Source: Vulcanimicrobiota bacterium (lineage in GTDB: Bacteria; Vulcanimicrobiota; Vulcanimicrobiia; Vulcanimicrobiales; Vulcanimicrobiaceae). Taken from it: a stretch of 64,000 nucleotides of DNA. Shown here in pieces: positions 28,573-38,785 of this stretch. The first letter of the stretch is position 1. Every line of letters begins with the position of its first letter. A program made the translations under genes and the position numbers. The stretch lies in contig OY968762.1 of NCBI GenBank assembly GCA_963695225.1, forward strand, positions 2,016,001 through 2,080,000. The letters are read 5' to 3'. The notes under the pieces are model-generated. The model was not told the DNA's origin, did not search any database, and saw only the letters and a list, made by a program, of their open reading frames with translations.

Positions 28573-31500
28573 GTGAGCCGGATACCGATACGTGTAGCAG
28601 TCGGGGCCATCGTGGTTGCGGTGTTGCTTTTCGTCTTTCGCGCTCCGCTCGAGCGGAGCGCGATCTCCGCGATCCTGGGTGCCGCCCTCGGCGCTCACGT
28701 CTCGATCGGCACGGGCGAACTGCGCGCAGACGGCGCGGATTTCGGCCGAATCCGCATCGAGCGCAACGGCCTTCCGTTCTTCGAAGCGGAACGGATCGGC
28801 CTCGCGTACGTCGCGAGCGAAATTTTCGGGGCGAGCGAGCATCGCTTCGGCTTGCGCCGCGTCGACCTCGTACGGCCGCATTTCTGGCTCGCGCGGCTTC
28901 CCGACGGCTCGTTCAACCTTCCGGCCCGCGGCGCTTCCGGCGGCGGCGCGCCTCGCGGCCCGACGAGGCGCGGGACCCCGCTCGCGTTCGAGGCCAGCGT
29001 GCGGGAGGGGACGTTGACGCTGCTCGATCGCTCGCAGCGGACGCGCACGCCGCAAGACGTGGCGCTCGAGAACGTCTCCGGACGGCTGACGTACGCGGAG
29101 TCGGGCACGAGCCGCTACGCGCTTCGCGCGCGCCTCTCGAGCGGGGCCGCGCCTTCGCCCGTCCGGGCCCGCGGCTTCATCGATTTCGAACGCGGGCTCG
29201 CGCTGCACCGGCTTACGGCGACGGACGTCGCGCTGCCGGCGCTCCTGAACTTCGCGATCGATTCCCCGGTGATGCACGTGCGGGCCGGACGCATCCGCGA
29301 GCTCGACGTGCGCGCCTACGCGCTCGACGTCCGCCCCGACGCCGATTTCGGCTATCATCTCGCAGGCTCGGCGGACGTGCGGGACGGCCTCCTCGACTTT
29401 AGCTTCCTGCAGGCGCCGCTGCGCGACGTCCGCGGCCGCGTCGACCTCGTCGACGACGGGATCGTCGCGCCGAGGCTCGACGGCGTCCTCTCCGGCATCC
29501 CCGTGCGCGCGACCGGCGGACTCGTCCATTGGGACGGCCTCGCGCTCCGGCTCGCGGTCGAAGGAGACGGTTCCCTCGCGCAGTTGCGCCGCATCTTTGC
29601 GTTTTCGCGCGATCGGGACATCACGGGGCCGGTCCACGCCGGAGTCCTCGTCGAGGGCCCGCTCGGAGCGCCGGTCGTGCTCGCGCGTTTGCGCTCTCCG
29701 CGCGCGGCCTACGCAGCGATCCCGTTCGACGACGTGCGCGCGACCGTCGCGTACGCCGACTCGAGCGTTCTGATCGGGCCGGCGAGCGCCCGCTACGGTC
29801 CGCTCGCGGTGACGCTCGCCGGCGCCTTCGACGTAGGCGACCACCTCGGGACGCGCCTCGCCGTCGGCGCGAAGGGGCCCGCGGCGCGGGTCCCTTTCGC
29901 CGCCGAACTCGTCCCGGCGAGTACCGTCGCAACGCTCGGGATCCTGACGGGCTCCGACTCGGCGTTCGATCTTCGCGGCGTGCTCTCGGGCGACGGCCCG
30001 GGCGAACGGCTCGACGGACTGTATCACGTCGATCCGAAGGGGGACGGAACGCTCGGCCCTATCGCCGTCGAGCGCGCGGGGGGATCGTTCGCCGGCGCTT
30101 TCCTCCTGCGGCGTGAAGAGAGCGAAAGCGCGTTTTGGGCCGAGGCCCGCAATCTCGCGCTCGCTCCCTCCGCGACCCCGCCGGCGCTCCCCGGGCTCGC
30201 TGTGCCGTCGATCCCGTCGTCCTTCGGAGGACGTCTCGACGCGGCGATGGCCGGCATCGGGCCCCCCTCCGATTTTCGGCTCGCCGGTTTCGCGCGCTCC
30301 CGCAACCTGCGCGTCGGGGCCCTCGAGCTGGCTGGAGCCGGCGTCACGCTGGGCGGAACGCCGCAGAATCTCGGCCTCTCGGGGGTCGACGCATCCGGCC
30401 CCTGGGGCGCGTTCCGCGGAAGCGGCGGGTACGTGGGGGGGCGACTCGCGCTGCACGGGCGGTACGAGGGCTCGTTCCAACAGCTCGCTCGCCTGACCGG
30501 GGACCTCGGAGCGCGCGGCCCGGTCCACGGTCCGGTCACGCTCTTGATCGGGGGCGATCGCACGGTGGTCCAAACGACGGGGGCCCTGACTCCCGGAGCG
30601 ACCGTCCGCGGCGTCCCCGTCGACCGGCTCGAAGGAACGGTCGCCGTCGGCCCGCGGAATCTCGAGGTCTACTCGGCCCTGGGCGCGGTCGCCGGGGGAG
30701 TTCTCACCGCCGGCGGCGGGCTCGCGCTCGATGGATCCGGGGGGCGCTCCGTCGCCGTCACCGCTTTCGGACTCGATGCGTCCCGGCTGCGCGCGGCGGG
30801 CCTTCCTTTGGCCGGAGGGCGGCTCTCGGCGGTGGGGACGGTCGGCCTCGCAGGGGGCGGCCCGCTCGCGGATGCGAGCGTCATGCTCGACGGCGGGCGG
30901 TACCAGTCGCTGGGGTTCTCCGGGCACAGCGGCATGGTTTTCCAAGGTGGGACCCTGACGCTGGCGGGGGGCTCCGGGCTCGTCGACGGGACGGTCGGCC
31001 GGTTCGACGGCCGGCTCTCCGACGTCGGCCGGGCGCAGCGATACGACCTCGCGGTCTCGGTGCGGGGCGCGCAACTCGGACCGCTCGTGCGGCGGGCGTA
31101 CCCGCAGCGGCACGACGTCGGCGGAAGCATCGATGCGGATCTGCACGTCGGCGGCCGGGCGGCGGCGCCGACCGTTGCGGGGGTGGTCCGGCTCCCCGAG
31201 GGGACGGCGAACGGCCAGGCTTTCCGCGATGCTTCGGCCCAGGTCTCGTACGACGGACGGGCGGTCGGCGCGCGCGAGGGGAGCGTGACGGTCGGGACGA
31301 CGCGGGTCGGCTTCGCCGGGGCGGGGCGGAACATCCGCAACCTCTCGGCGCAGATCGGCGCCGAGACGGCCGATCTCGCCGATTTCAACGACCTCTTCGA
31401 CGAAGGGGACGTGCTCGGCGGCCGCGGGCGCCTCGCGCTCGCGTTCTCGCGCTCGCAGGGCGCGGTGACGACCTCCGCCGACGTCTCGATCGCAGATTTC

Positions 31501-33777
31501 CGGTATCGCCGCTTCGCGCTCGGGGACACGCACGCGGTTTGGTCGAGCCGGGGGCACCGTGTCCTCGGGACGCTTGGCTTCACCGGGCCCGCCGGAGGAC
31601 TGGATGCGAGCGGCGCGGTGACCCTCCCCCAGCGCTCGCGGCTGCGCACGCTGCTCGAGCACTCGGACTACGCGCTCTCGGCCCAGGCGTACGGTCTCGA
31701 CCTCGGCGTGTGGCTCCCCGCGCTCGGCTACGATCTTCCGCTGACCGGACGCGTCGACGCGAACTCCAGCGTCGCGGGGCGCTATCCGCAGCTCGAGGTG
31801 AACAGCAACGTGACGCTCCTCGGCGGCACGGTCGGAAAACTCCCCGTCGACCGCCTGACGGTCGACGCAAACTCGACGCTCGCGAGGACGACGATCACGT
31901 CCGCCGTTCTCGAAATGCCGACGCTCTCGGTGCGAGGCGACGGTTTCCTCGGCTTTGGGGCAAAGGACCCGCTCGATCTGCACGTGCATGCGACGAGCGC
32001 GAACGTCGGCGCGTCGATCGCCAAACTCTTCGAGCGTAACGTGCCGCTCTCCGGGGCGCTCGACGTCGACGCTCGCGTCCGCGGCACGCGGTCGAAGCCG
32101 GCGCTCAGCGGCGGCTTCGAACTCGCGGGCGCGGACTTCCGGGGCGTCGCGGTTCCGCTCGTCGTCGGATCGCTGGACAGCGACGGGCGCGAGCTTCGCC
32201 TCCACGACGCGGAACTCGACTTCGCGAAAGGCAGCCTGTTCTTGGCCGGGTCCCTTCCGTTTACGGTCGCGCCGTTCGCGATCGGTCCCGCGAAGGCCCC
32301 GATCACGTTGGAGGCCTCGGCGAAGGGCGTCGACCTCGGCAATTTTCTGCCGCTCCTACCCAAGGGCTCCGAACTCGCCGGCGTGTTGGATGGGCGCGTC
32401 GCGCTCGGCGGCACCGCGGCGCGCTCGCACCTGGTCGGGGAGTTGGCGCTCGGCGGCGGACGGGTCGTGACGCCGTTCGAGCAGCAGCCGCTCACGAACG
32501 TCTCGGGCCGCCTCGCGCTCGCGGGGACGAACGTGAGCCTCCGCGCTCTCCACGCCGACGCGGGCGGCGGGGCCCTCGATGCCTCGGGGACGCTGTCCGC
32601 CCCCGATCTCACCCGGTTAGCCGAGGCGTCGTCGTACTCGTTCGCCGCGACGGCGAAGCGCGCGCGGTTGAATCTCCCCGAGTACGGGCGAGGCGTCCTG
32701 GATGCGAGCGTGAAACTGACGCACTCCCCCGAAGCGACGCCGCTCTTGGCGGGGGAAGCCTCCCTAAGCGAAGCGGTCGTCCCGTTCTCGGCGCTCTACA
32801 AGCCCGCGGCGACCGCGTCCGGCCCGTTCGCGTCGCCCGTCGTGGCGGCCCCCGCACCGGGGCCGAATCTCGATTTCGACCTGCAATTGCGTGCCGGGAA
32901 CAACGTTCGCGTCCGCAGCGGAAACCTCGATCTCGGCGCGCGAGGGGCGGTCGCGCTCAGCGGGTCGCTGGCCGACCCGCACCTCTCCGGCCGCTTCGAC
33001 TCGACCGGCGGGACGATCACCTACTTCAACACCGCGTTCCGCCTGCTCGACGGCTACGTGACGTTCCATCCGGCGGACGGGATCATCCCTTCGCTCAACG
33101 CGCGGGCGACGACCCACGTGATCAACCCCGACCCGAACGCGACCAAGAACTTCGGCGGCAGCGCGGACATCACGCTGAACGTGACGGGGCTCGTCACCAG
33201 CCCCTCCATCACGTTGAGTTCCACGCCCCAGTACGATCAGCAGCAGATTCTGGGCCTGCTGTTGCGCGCGCCCGCGATCGGAGCGAACTTGTTCTCCTCT
33301 ACGGGCCGCCTGCAGACGCCGCTCGACCCGACGCAGCAACAGACGGTCGCCCGGGGCGCGACGAGCGCCGACGTGATGGTCGCGCAGCAAGCCTTCGAGG
33401 TCCTCAACGCGCAGTTCGTGCGCAACCTGCTCTCGCCGATCGAGACCGCGTTCGGGAACGCGATCGGCCTCAGCAGCTTCAACGTAACGCTGGGGTACGG
33501 GGGAGAGGTCGGCGTCAGCGCGCGCCGGGTCCTCGGCAAGAACGTCAGCGCGGTCTACGGGTCGGGATTCTTCTACCCGTATCGCCAGACGCTCGGGCTC
33601 GAATTCCAGCGCGGCGTCGCGACCGTCGCGCAGCTCACGTTTTTCGAGACGCTCGCGACGAGCGACTACACGTTCGTGGCGCCGAGCCTCGCCGGGACGG
33701 ATGTCCGTGCCCTGAGCACGCTCCCGGCGAGCGGCACAAAAGGCTACTCCTTCTCCCTCCAGCATCTGTTCTGGTGA
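28573..33777 (+). CDS. tamB: TamB/AsmA-like translocation and assembly module protein
   Basis: ~1730 aa; N-terminal TM, Gly-rich repeated beta strands, C-terminal TamB-like region (LSSTPQYDQQQILGLL); directly upstream of bamA. Confidence 0.75.
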   Translation: MSRIPIRVAVGAIVVAVLLFVFRAPLERSAISAILGAALGAHVSIGTGELRADGADFGRIRIERNGLPFFEAERIGLAYVASEIFGASEHRFGLRRVDLVRPHFWLARLPDGSFNLPARGASGGGAPRGPTRRGTPLAFEASVREGTLTLLDRSQRTRTPQDVALENVSGRLTYAESGTSRYALRARLSSGAAPSPVRARGFIDFERGLALHRLTATDVALPALLNFAIDSPVMHVRAGRIRELDVRAYALDVRPDADFGYHLAGSADVRDGLLDFSFLQAPLRDVRGRVDLVDDGIVAPRLDGVLSGIPVRATGGLVHWDGLALRLAVEGDGSLAQLRRIFAFSRDRDITGPVHAGVLVEGPLGAPVVLARLRSPRAAYAAIPFDDVRATVAYADSSVLIGPASARYGPLAVTLAGAFDVGDHLGTRLAVGAKGPAARVPFAAELVPASTVATLGILTGSDSAFDLRGVLSGDGPGERLDGLYHVDPKGDGTLGPIAVERAGGSFAGAFLLRREESESAFWAEARNLALAPSATPPALPGLAVPSIPSSFGGRLDAAMAGIGPPSDFRLAGFARSRNLRVGALELAGAGVTLGGTPQNLGLSGVDASGPWGAFRGSGGYVGGRLALHGRYEGSFQQLARLTGDLGARGPVHGPVTLLIGGDRTVVQTTGALTPGATVRGVPVDRLEGTVAVGPRNLEVYSALGAVAGGVLTAGGGLALDGSGGRSVAVTAFGLDASRLRAAGLPLAGGRLSAVGTVGLAGGGPLADASVMLDGGRYQSLGFSGHSGMVFQGGTLTLAGGSGLVDGTVGRFDGRLSDVGRAQRYDLAVSVRGAQLGPLVRRAYPQRHDVGGSIDADLHVGGRAAAPTVAGVVRLPEGTANGQAFRDASAQVSYDGRAVGAREGSVTVGTTRVGFAGAGRNIRNLSAQIGAETADLADFNDLFDEGDVLGGRGRLALAFSRSQGAVTTSADVSIADFRYRRFALGDTHAVWSSRGHRVLGTLGFTGPAGGLDASGAVTLPQRSRLRTLLEHSDYALSAQAYGLDLGVWLPALGYDLPLTGRVDANSSVAGRYPQLEVNSNVTLLGGTVGKLPVDRLTVDANSTLARTTITSAVLEMPTLSVRGDGFLGFGAKDPLDLHVHATSANVGASIAKLFERNVPLSGALDVDARVRGTRSKPALSGGFELAGADFRGVAVPLVVGSLDSDGRELRLHDAELDFAKGSLFLAGSLPFTVAPFAIGPAKAPITLEASAKGVDLGNFLPLLPKGSELAGVLDGRVALGGTAARSHLVGELALGGGRVVTPFEQQPLTNVSGRLALAGTNVSLRALHADAGGGALDASGTLSAPDLTRLAEASSYSFAATAKRARLNLPEYGRGVLDASVKLTHSPEATPLLAGEASLSEAVVPFSALYKPAATASGPFASPVVAAPAPGPNLDFDLQLRAGNNVRVRSGNLDLGARGAVALSGSLADPHLSGRFDSTGGTITYFNTAFRLLDGYVTFHPADGIIPSLNARATTHVINPDPNATKNFGGSADITLNVTGLVTSPSITLSSTPQYDQQQILGLLLRAPAIGANLFSSTGRLQTPLDPTQQQTVARGATSADVMVAQQAFEVLNAQFVRNLLSPIETAFGNAIGLSSFNVTLGYGGEVGVSARRVLGKNVSAVYGSGFFYPYRQTLGLEFQRGVATVAQLTFFETLATSDYTFVAPSLAGTDVRALSTLPASGTKGYSFSLQHLFW

Positions 33778-33982
33778 GCCGCCTCTCGCACTGCGGACGG
33801 GGGAGCCTCCATCCGTGGAAACGAACCCCGCGGGCTGACAAACACTCGGGCTCGCACGTGCGTTACGCTCTGGAACGCGCGCGCCGAGTTCCGGCTCGCG
33901 TTCGGGGCACACGTCCTGCGCGACCGCGCCGGGGCGTCCGGGGAAGCTCGGACCCATCAAGCCGAAGGAAGCCGCCATCGAT

Positions 33983-36277
33983 ATGTTCCTAGGACTTCGC
34001 CGCGTGCGTCGCAACCTCGTCGCGCTGAGCGCCCTCGTGAGCCTCTTGCTCCCCATCGTGCCGGGTCCGTTCGTAGCGGCCGCCGCCGACGCGCAGAGGA
34101 TCGTAAGCGTTTCGGTTTCGGGGAACGCGCACGTCCCGACGGAGCGGATCTTGGCGGTCGTCAAGACGAAAGTCGGCGACCGCTTCGATGAAGCGATCGT
34201 CCGAGGCGACCTGCAGGCGATCAACGATCTCGGGTATTTCGCGGACCAAGTTCCGCCGCTGATCCGGCAGCGTCCGAACGGCATCTCCGTGACGTTCCGC
34301 GTGATCGAGAACCCGATAGTGCAGCGCATAGCGTTCACCGGGAACGCGCACGTTCCGAGCGACACGCTGCTGGCTTTGATGGACACGTCGGTCGGCCAGG
34401 TCCTGAACATGAACACGTTCCATCAGGACGTCCTCAAGCTCAATTCGTATTACGACAAGGTCGGCTACGGCGGGCAAGTCCCGACGCACGTCCGCGACCT
34501 CAACATCGACAAGGACACCGGGGTCCTGCGGATCGACATCCGCGAGGGCCTCACCGTGCGGAACATCATCGTCAAGGGCGACCAGCGCTTCCTCCCGCCG
34601 ACGTTGATCAAGAGCGTTCTCACGCTCAAGGAAGGGCAACCGTACTCCGAGGACACGCGCGACAAGGACTTCGAAGCGGTCAAGAAGCTCTACGAGAAGT
34701 ACGACCTCAACCTCGGCGAGTTCGAGGCGGGGATCGATCCCTCGAGCATCGACCTGGTTGCCGGGACGGCCGACGTCATCTACACGGTCTCCGCGATGAC
34801 CGTCGCCGCAGTCATGATCACCGGCAACGAGATCACGAAGGACGAGGTCATCCGCCGCCAGCTTCGCTTGCGTCCGGGGATGGTCATCACGACGGGCTTG
34901 CTACGGCGCGATTACGAGCGCCTGAACAACCTCGGGTATTTCGAGAAGGTGGAGCCGATCACAAAACCCGGCCCCGATCCGAAGAAGCCCTATGCGTTCA
35001 CGCTCGATTGGAACGTCAAAGAGCAACGCACGGGCCAAGCGAACGTGGGCGTCGGTTACTCCGGCGGCCCGAACGGGACCGGCCTGACCGGCAACCTCGG
35101 TTTCTCGCAGAACAACCTCGACGGGACGGGGAACGGCGCCTCGATCCGCTTCGAAAAGGGCGCTCGCATCTCCGACGCCTCCGCTTCGTACACGATCCCG
35201 TTCCTCGGGAAGACCCCGAATTCGCAGAGATACAGCCTCGGTGCCTCGATCTACACGCAATCGACGTTGAACTATCTTCAGACCTACGCCGTCTCGTCGA
35301 CCGCGAGCCTCGCGCCGGTTCCGACGATTACGGCCGCCCCGCTCCCGGGCGCGACGTCGGCGCCCGGCGGGGCGACCGGGACGACCGGGGTGACGCTGCA
35401 GCCAAACAACTCCCCGGTCTCCGGCGTCGTCGCCGACTATAAGAACAAGGCGACCGGCGTCTCGCTCAACCTCGGACGGCGCTTGACTGATTTCGTCAGC
35501 GCGAGCGTCGGAGCGACGGTTCAGCGGCTCTCGACCGACACGAGCGTGCCGTTCCCGTACTACGTCTACGGCAACCAGACCGTCGCGATCAACAACTCGC
35601 TCGCGAGCAATTCTCTGACGTCGACGAGCATCACCGGGAACGCGCTCGGCATCACGGCCTCGTCGATCGCGAGCGTGCCCAACGGGCAGGCGACCAACCT
35701 GCACAGCCTGACGCTCGGCTTGCAGAGCGACAACCTCGACGACGTGTTCAACCCCAGGCGCGGCGGGAAAGCCGGCTTATCGGTCGAGGTCAGCGGAAAG
35801 GGCTTCGGCTCCGACTACGCTTACACGATCACGACGCTCGACCTCGCGCGGTTCTATCCGGTCATGCGCAACGCGACGCTCGGATTCCACGCTCAGATCG
35901 GGGCTTCGACCGGTGCGATCCCGGCGAGCAAGCTCTTCGCTTACTCCGAGCAGCAACTCCGCGGCTACGGCGACGTTTTCTACGGAACCGAGGCGAGGCT
36001 CTTACAGGCGGAACTGCGCGTTCCGCTGACGAGCGACCGGAAGTTCGCCGTCGTCGGGTTCGGGGACTACGGCTCGTTGCGCATTCGCGGCGCCGAGCCG
36101 ATCTCGAATCTGTTGACGGGGCAGACCTTCAACTACGACGACTGGCTCTATCACGGCGACGTGGGCGTCGGTTTGCGCATCGACGTCCCGCAACTCGGGC
36201 ATCAGACGGTCCGCCTCGATTTCGCCAAGGGGAAGAACGGTTCGCACACGAGTTTCGGAATAGGACAGAGTTTCTAG
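33983..36277 (+). CDS. bamA: BamA/Omp85 outer membrane assembly factor
   Basis: Signal peptide, POTRA repeats (SVSGN.., ITGNEITKDEVIRR), LRGY, C-terminal FGIGQSF. Confidence 0.9.
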   Translation: MFLGLRRVRRNLVALSALVSLLLPIVPGPFVAAAADAQRIVSVSVSGNAHVPTERILAVVKTKVGDRFDEAIVRGDLQAINDLGYFADQVPPLIRQRPNGISVTFRVIENPIVQRIAFTGNAHVPSDTLLALMDTSVGQVLNMNTFHQDVLKLNSYYDKVGYGGQVPTHVRDLNIDKDTGVLRIDIREGLTVRNIIVKGDQRFLPPTLIKSVLTLKEGQPYSEDTRDKDFEAVKKLYEKYDLNLGEFEAGIDPSSIDLVAGTADVIYTVSAMTVAAVMITGNEITKDEVIRRQLRLRPGMVITTGLLRRDYERLNNLGYFEKVEPITKPGPDPKKPYAFTLDWNVKEQRTGQANVGVGYSGGPNGTGLTGNLGFSQNNLDGTGNGASIRFEKGARISDASASYTIPFLGKTPNSQRYSLGASIYTQSTLNYLQTYAVSSTASLAPVPTITAAPLPGATSAPGGATGTTGVTLQPNNSPVSGVVADYKNKATGVSLNLGRRLTDFVSASVGATVQRLSTDTSVPFPYYVYGNQTVAINNSLASNSLTSTSITGNALGITASSIASVPNGQATNLHSLTLGLQSDNLDDVFNPRRGGKAGLSVEVSGKGFGSDYAYTITTLDLARFYPVMRNATLGFHAQIGASTGAIPASKLFAYSEQQLRGYGDVFYGTEARLLQAELRVPLTSDRKFAVVGFGDYGSLRIRGAEPISNLLTGQTFNYDDWLYHGDVGVGLRIDVPQLGHQTVRLDFAKGKNGSHTSFGIGQSF

Positions 36278-37093
36278 GTGATACGCTCGAGAAAGCTCTC
36301 TCGTGCCGGGGCCGCCCTCGGCGCGCTCGCACTCGCGGCGACGCTGGCGGCCACGCCGGCGCGCGCCGCGGAGATCGCGGATATCGGCTACATCGATCAG
36401 GGCGCGATCGCATCGCTCAAGCCCTTCGTCGACGCGAATCGGAAGCTCGTCGAGTACAAGGCGGATCTCGACAAACAGTTCGTGCAGCGGATGAAGGGCG
36501 TTTCGAACCCGAACGACCAGGCGCGGATCGCCCAAGAGTTCCAGACCAAACTCAACGACAAACAGCGCGAAGTGCTCGGGCCGGTCTTCCAGCGGGCGCA
36601 GACCGCGATCGCCTCGGTCGCTTCGAGCAAGAACCTCTCCGTGATCGTCGACCGGCACATCATCATCGTCGGCGGGCAGGACGTCACGCGCAACGTCATC
36701 GACTTGATGAACGGGCCTGCCGCTCCCGTCCCCCCGGTCAGCACGCCCCCGCCTTCGAGCGTCGGGTACGTCGATCAAGCCCAAATCGACGCCGTGCCGA
36801 AACTCAAGAGCGCGAACGAGGAGATGGCGAAGTTCCGCGACGAGCAAGCGCGGGCGGCTCAGCAGAAACTCAAGAGCGCCAAGACGGATGCCGACCGTCA
36901 GGCGGTCCTCAAGAACTTCCAACAGGCGCTCAGCGAGAAACAGAAGGCCGCGATCGATCCGCTCGTCGAGCAAACGCGCAACGCGATCGCGGACGTCGCG
37001 CGCAAGCGCGGCCTGATCCTCGTCATCGACAAGAGCAACCTCGTCTACGGTGGAACCGACATCACGAGTGACGTCACAAGCGCGCTCAAGTAG
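36278..37093 (+). CDS. OmpH/Skp chaperone with two tandem OmpH domains
   Basis: Signal peptide; IGYID...GGQDVT and VGYVD...YGGTDIT joined by a Pro-rich linker. Confidence 0.85.
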   Translation: MIRSRKLSRAGAALGALALAATLAATPARAAEIADIGYIDQGAIASLKPFVDANRKLVEYKADLDKQFVQRMKGVSNPNDQARIAQEFQTKLNDKQREVLGPVFQRAQTAIASVASSKNLSVIVDRHIIIVGGQDVTRNVIDLMNGPAAPVPPVSTPPPSSVGYVDQAQIDAVPKLKSANEEMAKFRDEQARAAQQKLKSAKTDADRQAVLKNFQQALSEKQKAAIDPLVEQTRNAIADVARKRGLILVIDKSNLVYGGTDITSDVTSALK

Positions 37094-38393
37094 GCTCCTC
37101 GCCCTGGCCGCCGGCCTCTGCGCGCTCGCGCTCGCAGCGTGTTCCCATTCCGGCTCCGCGCAGGGCGGGCGAGCGGTCGACGGGACGCCGTACGGCTCGG
37201 TCGGCTACGTGCGCATGGAGCCGCTGTTGAAGAAGCATCCGCTCTACGGGCAACTCGCCAAGCTCGACGACGATATCGCGGCGCTGCAGCTACGGGCCGT
37301 GGAACCGGCGGTCGCCGCCGGTTCGAGCGCCGAGATCGCAGCGCAGGAAGCGGCGTTGCAAAAAGAGTTCGACGCCGCGACGGCCCGCGCGAAGAAATCG
37401 CTCGCCGCGCTGCAGGAGCAGTATCGGGCGCGCGAGAGCGAGGCGATCAAGCGCGCGCTGGAGGGCGGCTCCGGCGGGCCCGGGGGCGGCGCGATCGCGG
37501 GCGCCGCAGCGGGGACGGCGGCGGCGCAGCAGGGCGTGGCGCTCGCCCTGGCGCGCCGCGACCTCGAAGCGTTCCGCAAGGCCTTGCTCGCGCAGGACGA
37601 GGCCCAGTTCGCAGCACTCCAGACCTCGCTCAACGAACGCGCCGCACGGACCTATCGGGCGAAGGCCGACGAGCTTTCGCAGAAGGAATCCGGGTACGCG
37701 CTCGAGCTTGCAAACCGGGACTCGGCCGAGCGCCTCTCGCTGCACGCGAAGCTCTCGAACCTCTCGCTGGAGGACACCGCCCGAGCGGAGCTGACCTCGC
37801 AATTGACGGCGCTCGACCGGAAGGAAGCGGACGAGTTGGCCGTCATGCGCAATCGGGACGCGCAGACGCTCGCCGCGCTGCAGAAGCAGTTGCAGGATCA
37901 GACGCGGACCGAGCTCACGCAAACCGCCGAGCAGATGCGCAAGAACTCGGTCGCGAAGCTGAACGAGCGCGCGCTGAAGGTGCAGGGGACGCTTCCGGCC
38001 GCCGCGGCGGGCGGCGCCGCCGCGGCCCAGCTGACTGGGGAGATGAAAGCGAAGCTGGATGCGCTGCACAAGGAGTACCAGGCGCAGTTCGATCGCGACG
38101 CGCAGGGAACGATGCAGGAGCTCGAAACGACGCGGAATGATCTGGCGAAGCGATACCAGCGCCTCCACGGCGTCGACGCCGCAGCCCAGGAGAGCGCCCG
38201 CAGCGAGATCGCGGGCCTGCAGAAACAGCGCGCCGAGCTCTACTCCCAATTGGTCGCGCAAATCGGCCGCGAGGTGAAAGCGCTCGCGGATCGCCGCGGC
38301 GTCTCCGTGGTCTTCAGCGACGTGGTCGCGCCGGCGGGCGGCGTCGACCTCACCCCGGACGCCGAGAAAGACATCGAGAGTCTGCACCAGTGA
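37068..38393 (+). CDS. OmpH-like lipoprotein with long coiled coil
   Basis: LAAC lipobox; VGYVRM..LLKKHP start and GGVDLT end; ~350 aa helical middle. Confidence 0.7.
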   Translation: MTSQARSSRLLALAAGLCALALAACSHSGSAQGGRAVDGTPYGSVGYVRMEPLLKKHPLYGQLAKLDDDIAALQLRAVEPAVAAGSSAEIAAQEAALQKEFDAATARAKKSLAALQEQYRARESEAIKRALEGGSGGPGGGAIAGAAAGTAAAQQGVALALARRDLEAFRKALLAQDEAQFAALQTSLNERAARTYRAKADELSQKESGYALELANRDSAERLSLHAKLSNLSLEDTARAELTSQLTALDRKEADELAVMRNRDAQTLAALQKQLQDQTRTELTQTAEQMRKNSVAKLNERALKVQGTLPAAAAGGAAAAQLTGEMKAKLDALHKEYQAQFDRDAQGTMQELETTRNDLAKRYQRLHGVDAAAQESARSEIAGLQKQRAELYSQLVAQIGREVKALADRRGVSVVFSDVVAPAGGVDLTPDAEKDIESLHQ

Positions 38394-38785
38394 AACGAAT
38401 CGTCGCCGCCCTGGCCCTCGCCGCGCTCGCCGGATGCAACAAGCCGCCGGCCAACGACGTCGCGACCGTGAACGTGGGCCGAATCGTGTCGAACTGGCCG
38501 AAGTACCTCAATTTTCAAAACCAGCTCGGCGCGGATGCGCAAGCGCTCGATCGCTCGAACCTCTCGGAGAGCGACAAGCGAACCGCCCGAACGGCCTTGC
38601 AGGAGCGATACGTGCGCTTCACGGGGGAGATCTCGAGCGACATCCAAGCGGCGGCGCAGCAAGTCGCGACGGAGAAGCATTTCAAGCTCGTGGTGACGCG
38701 CGAATATGTCGGTTACGGCGGCGTCGACATCACGCCCGACGTGGAAAAGGTGCTGCACGTCACGGAGAAGGAGCCCGGCAAGTAA
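38390..38785 (+). CDS. Short OmpH-like lipoprotein
   Basis: LAGC lipobox; VATVNVGRI, YGGVDITPDV. Confidence 0.7.
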   Translation: MKRIVAALALAALAGCNKPPANDVATVNVGRIVSNWPKYLNFQNQLGADAQALDRSNLSESDKRTARTALQERYVRFTGEISSDIQAAAQQVATEKHFKLVVTREYVGYGGVDITPDVEKVLHVTEKEPGK

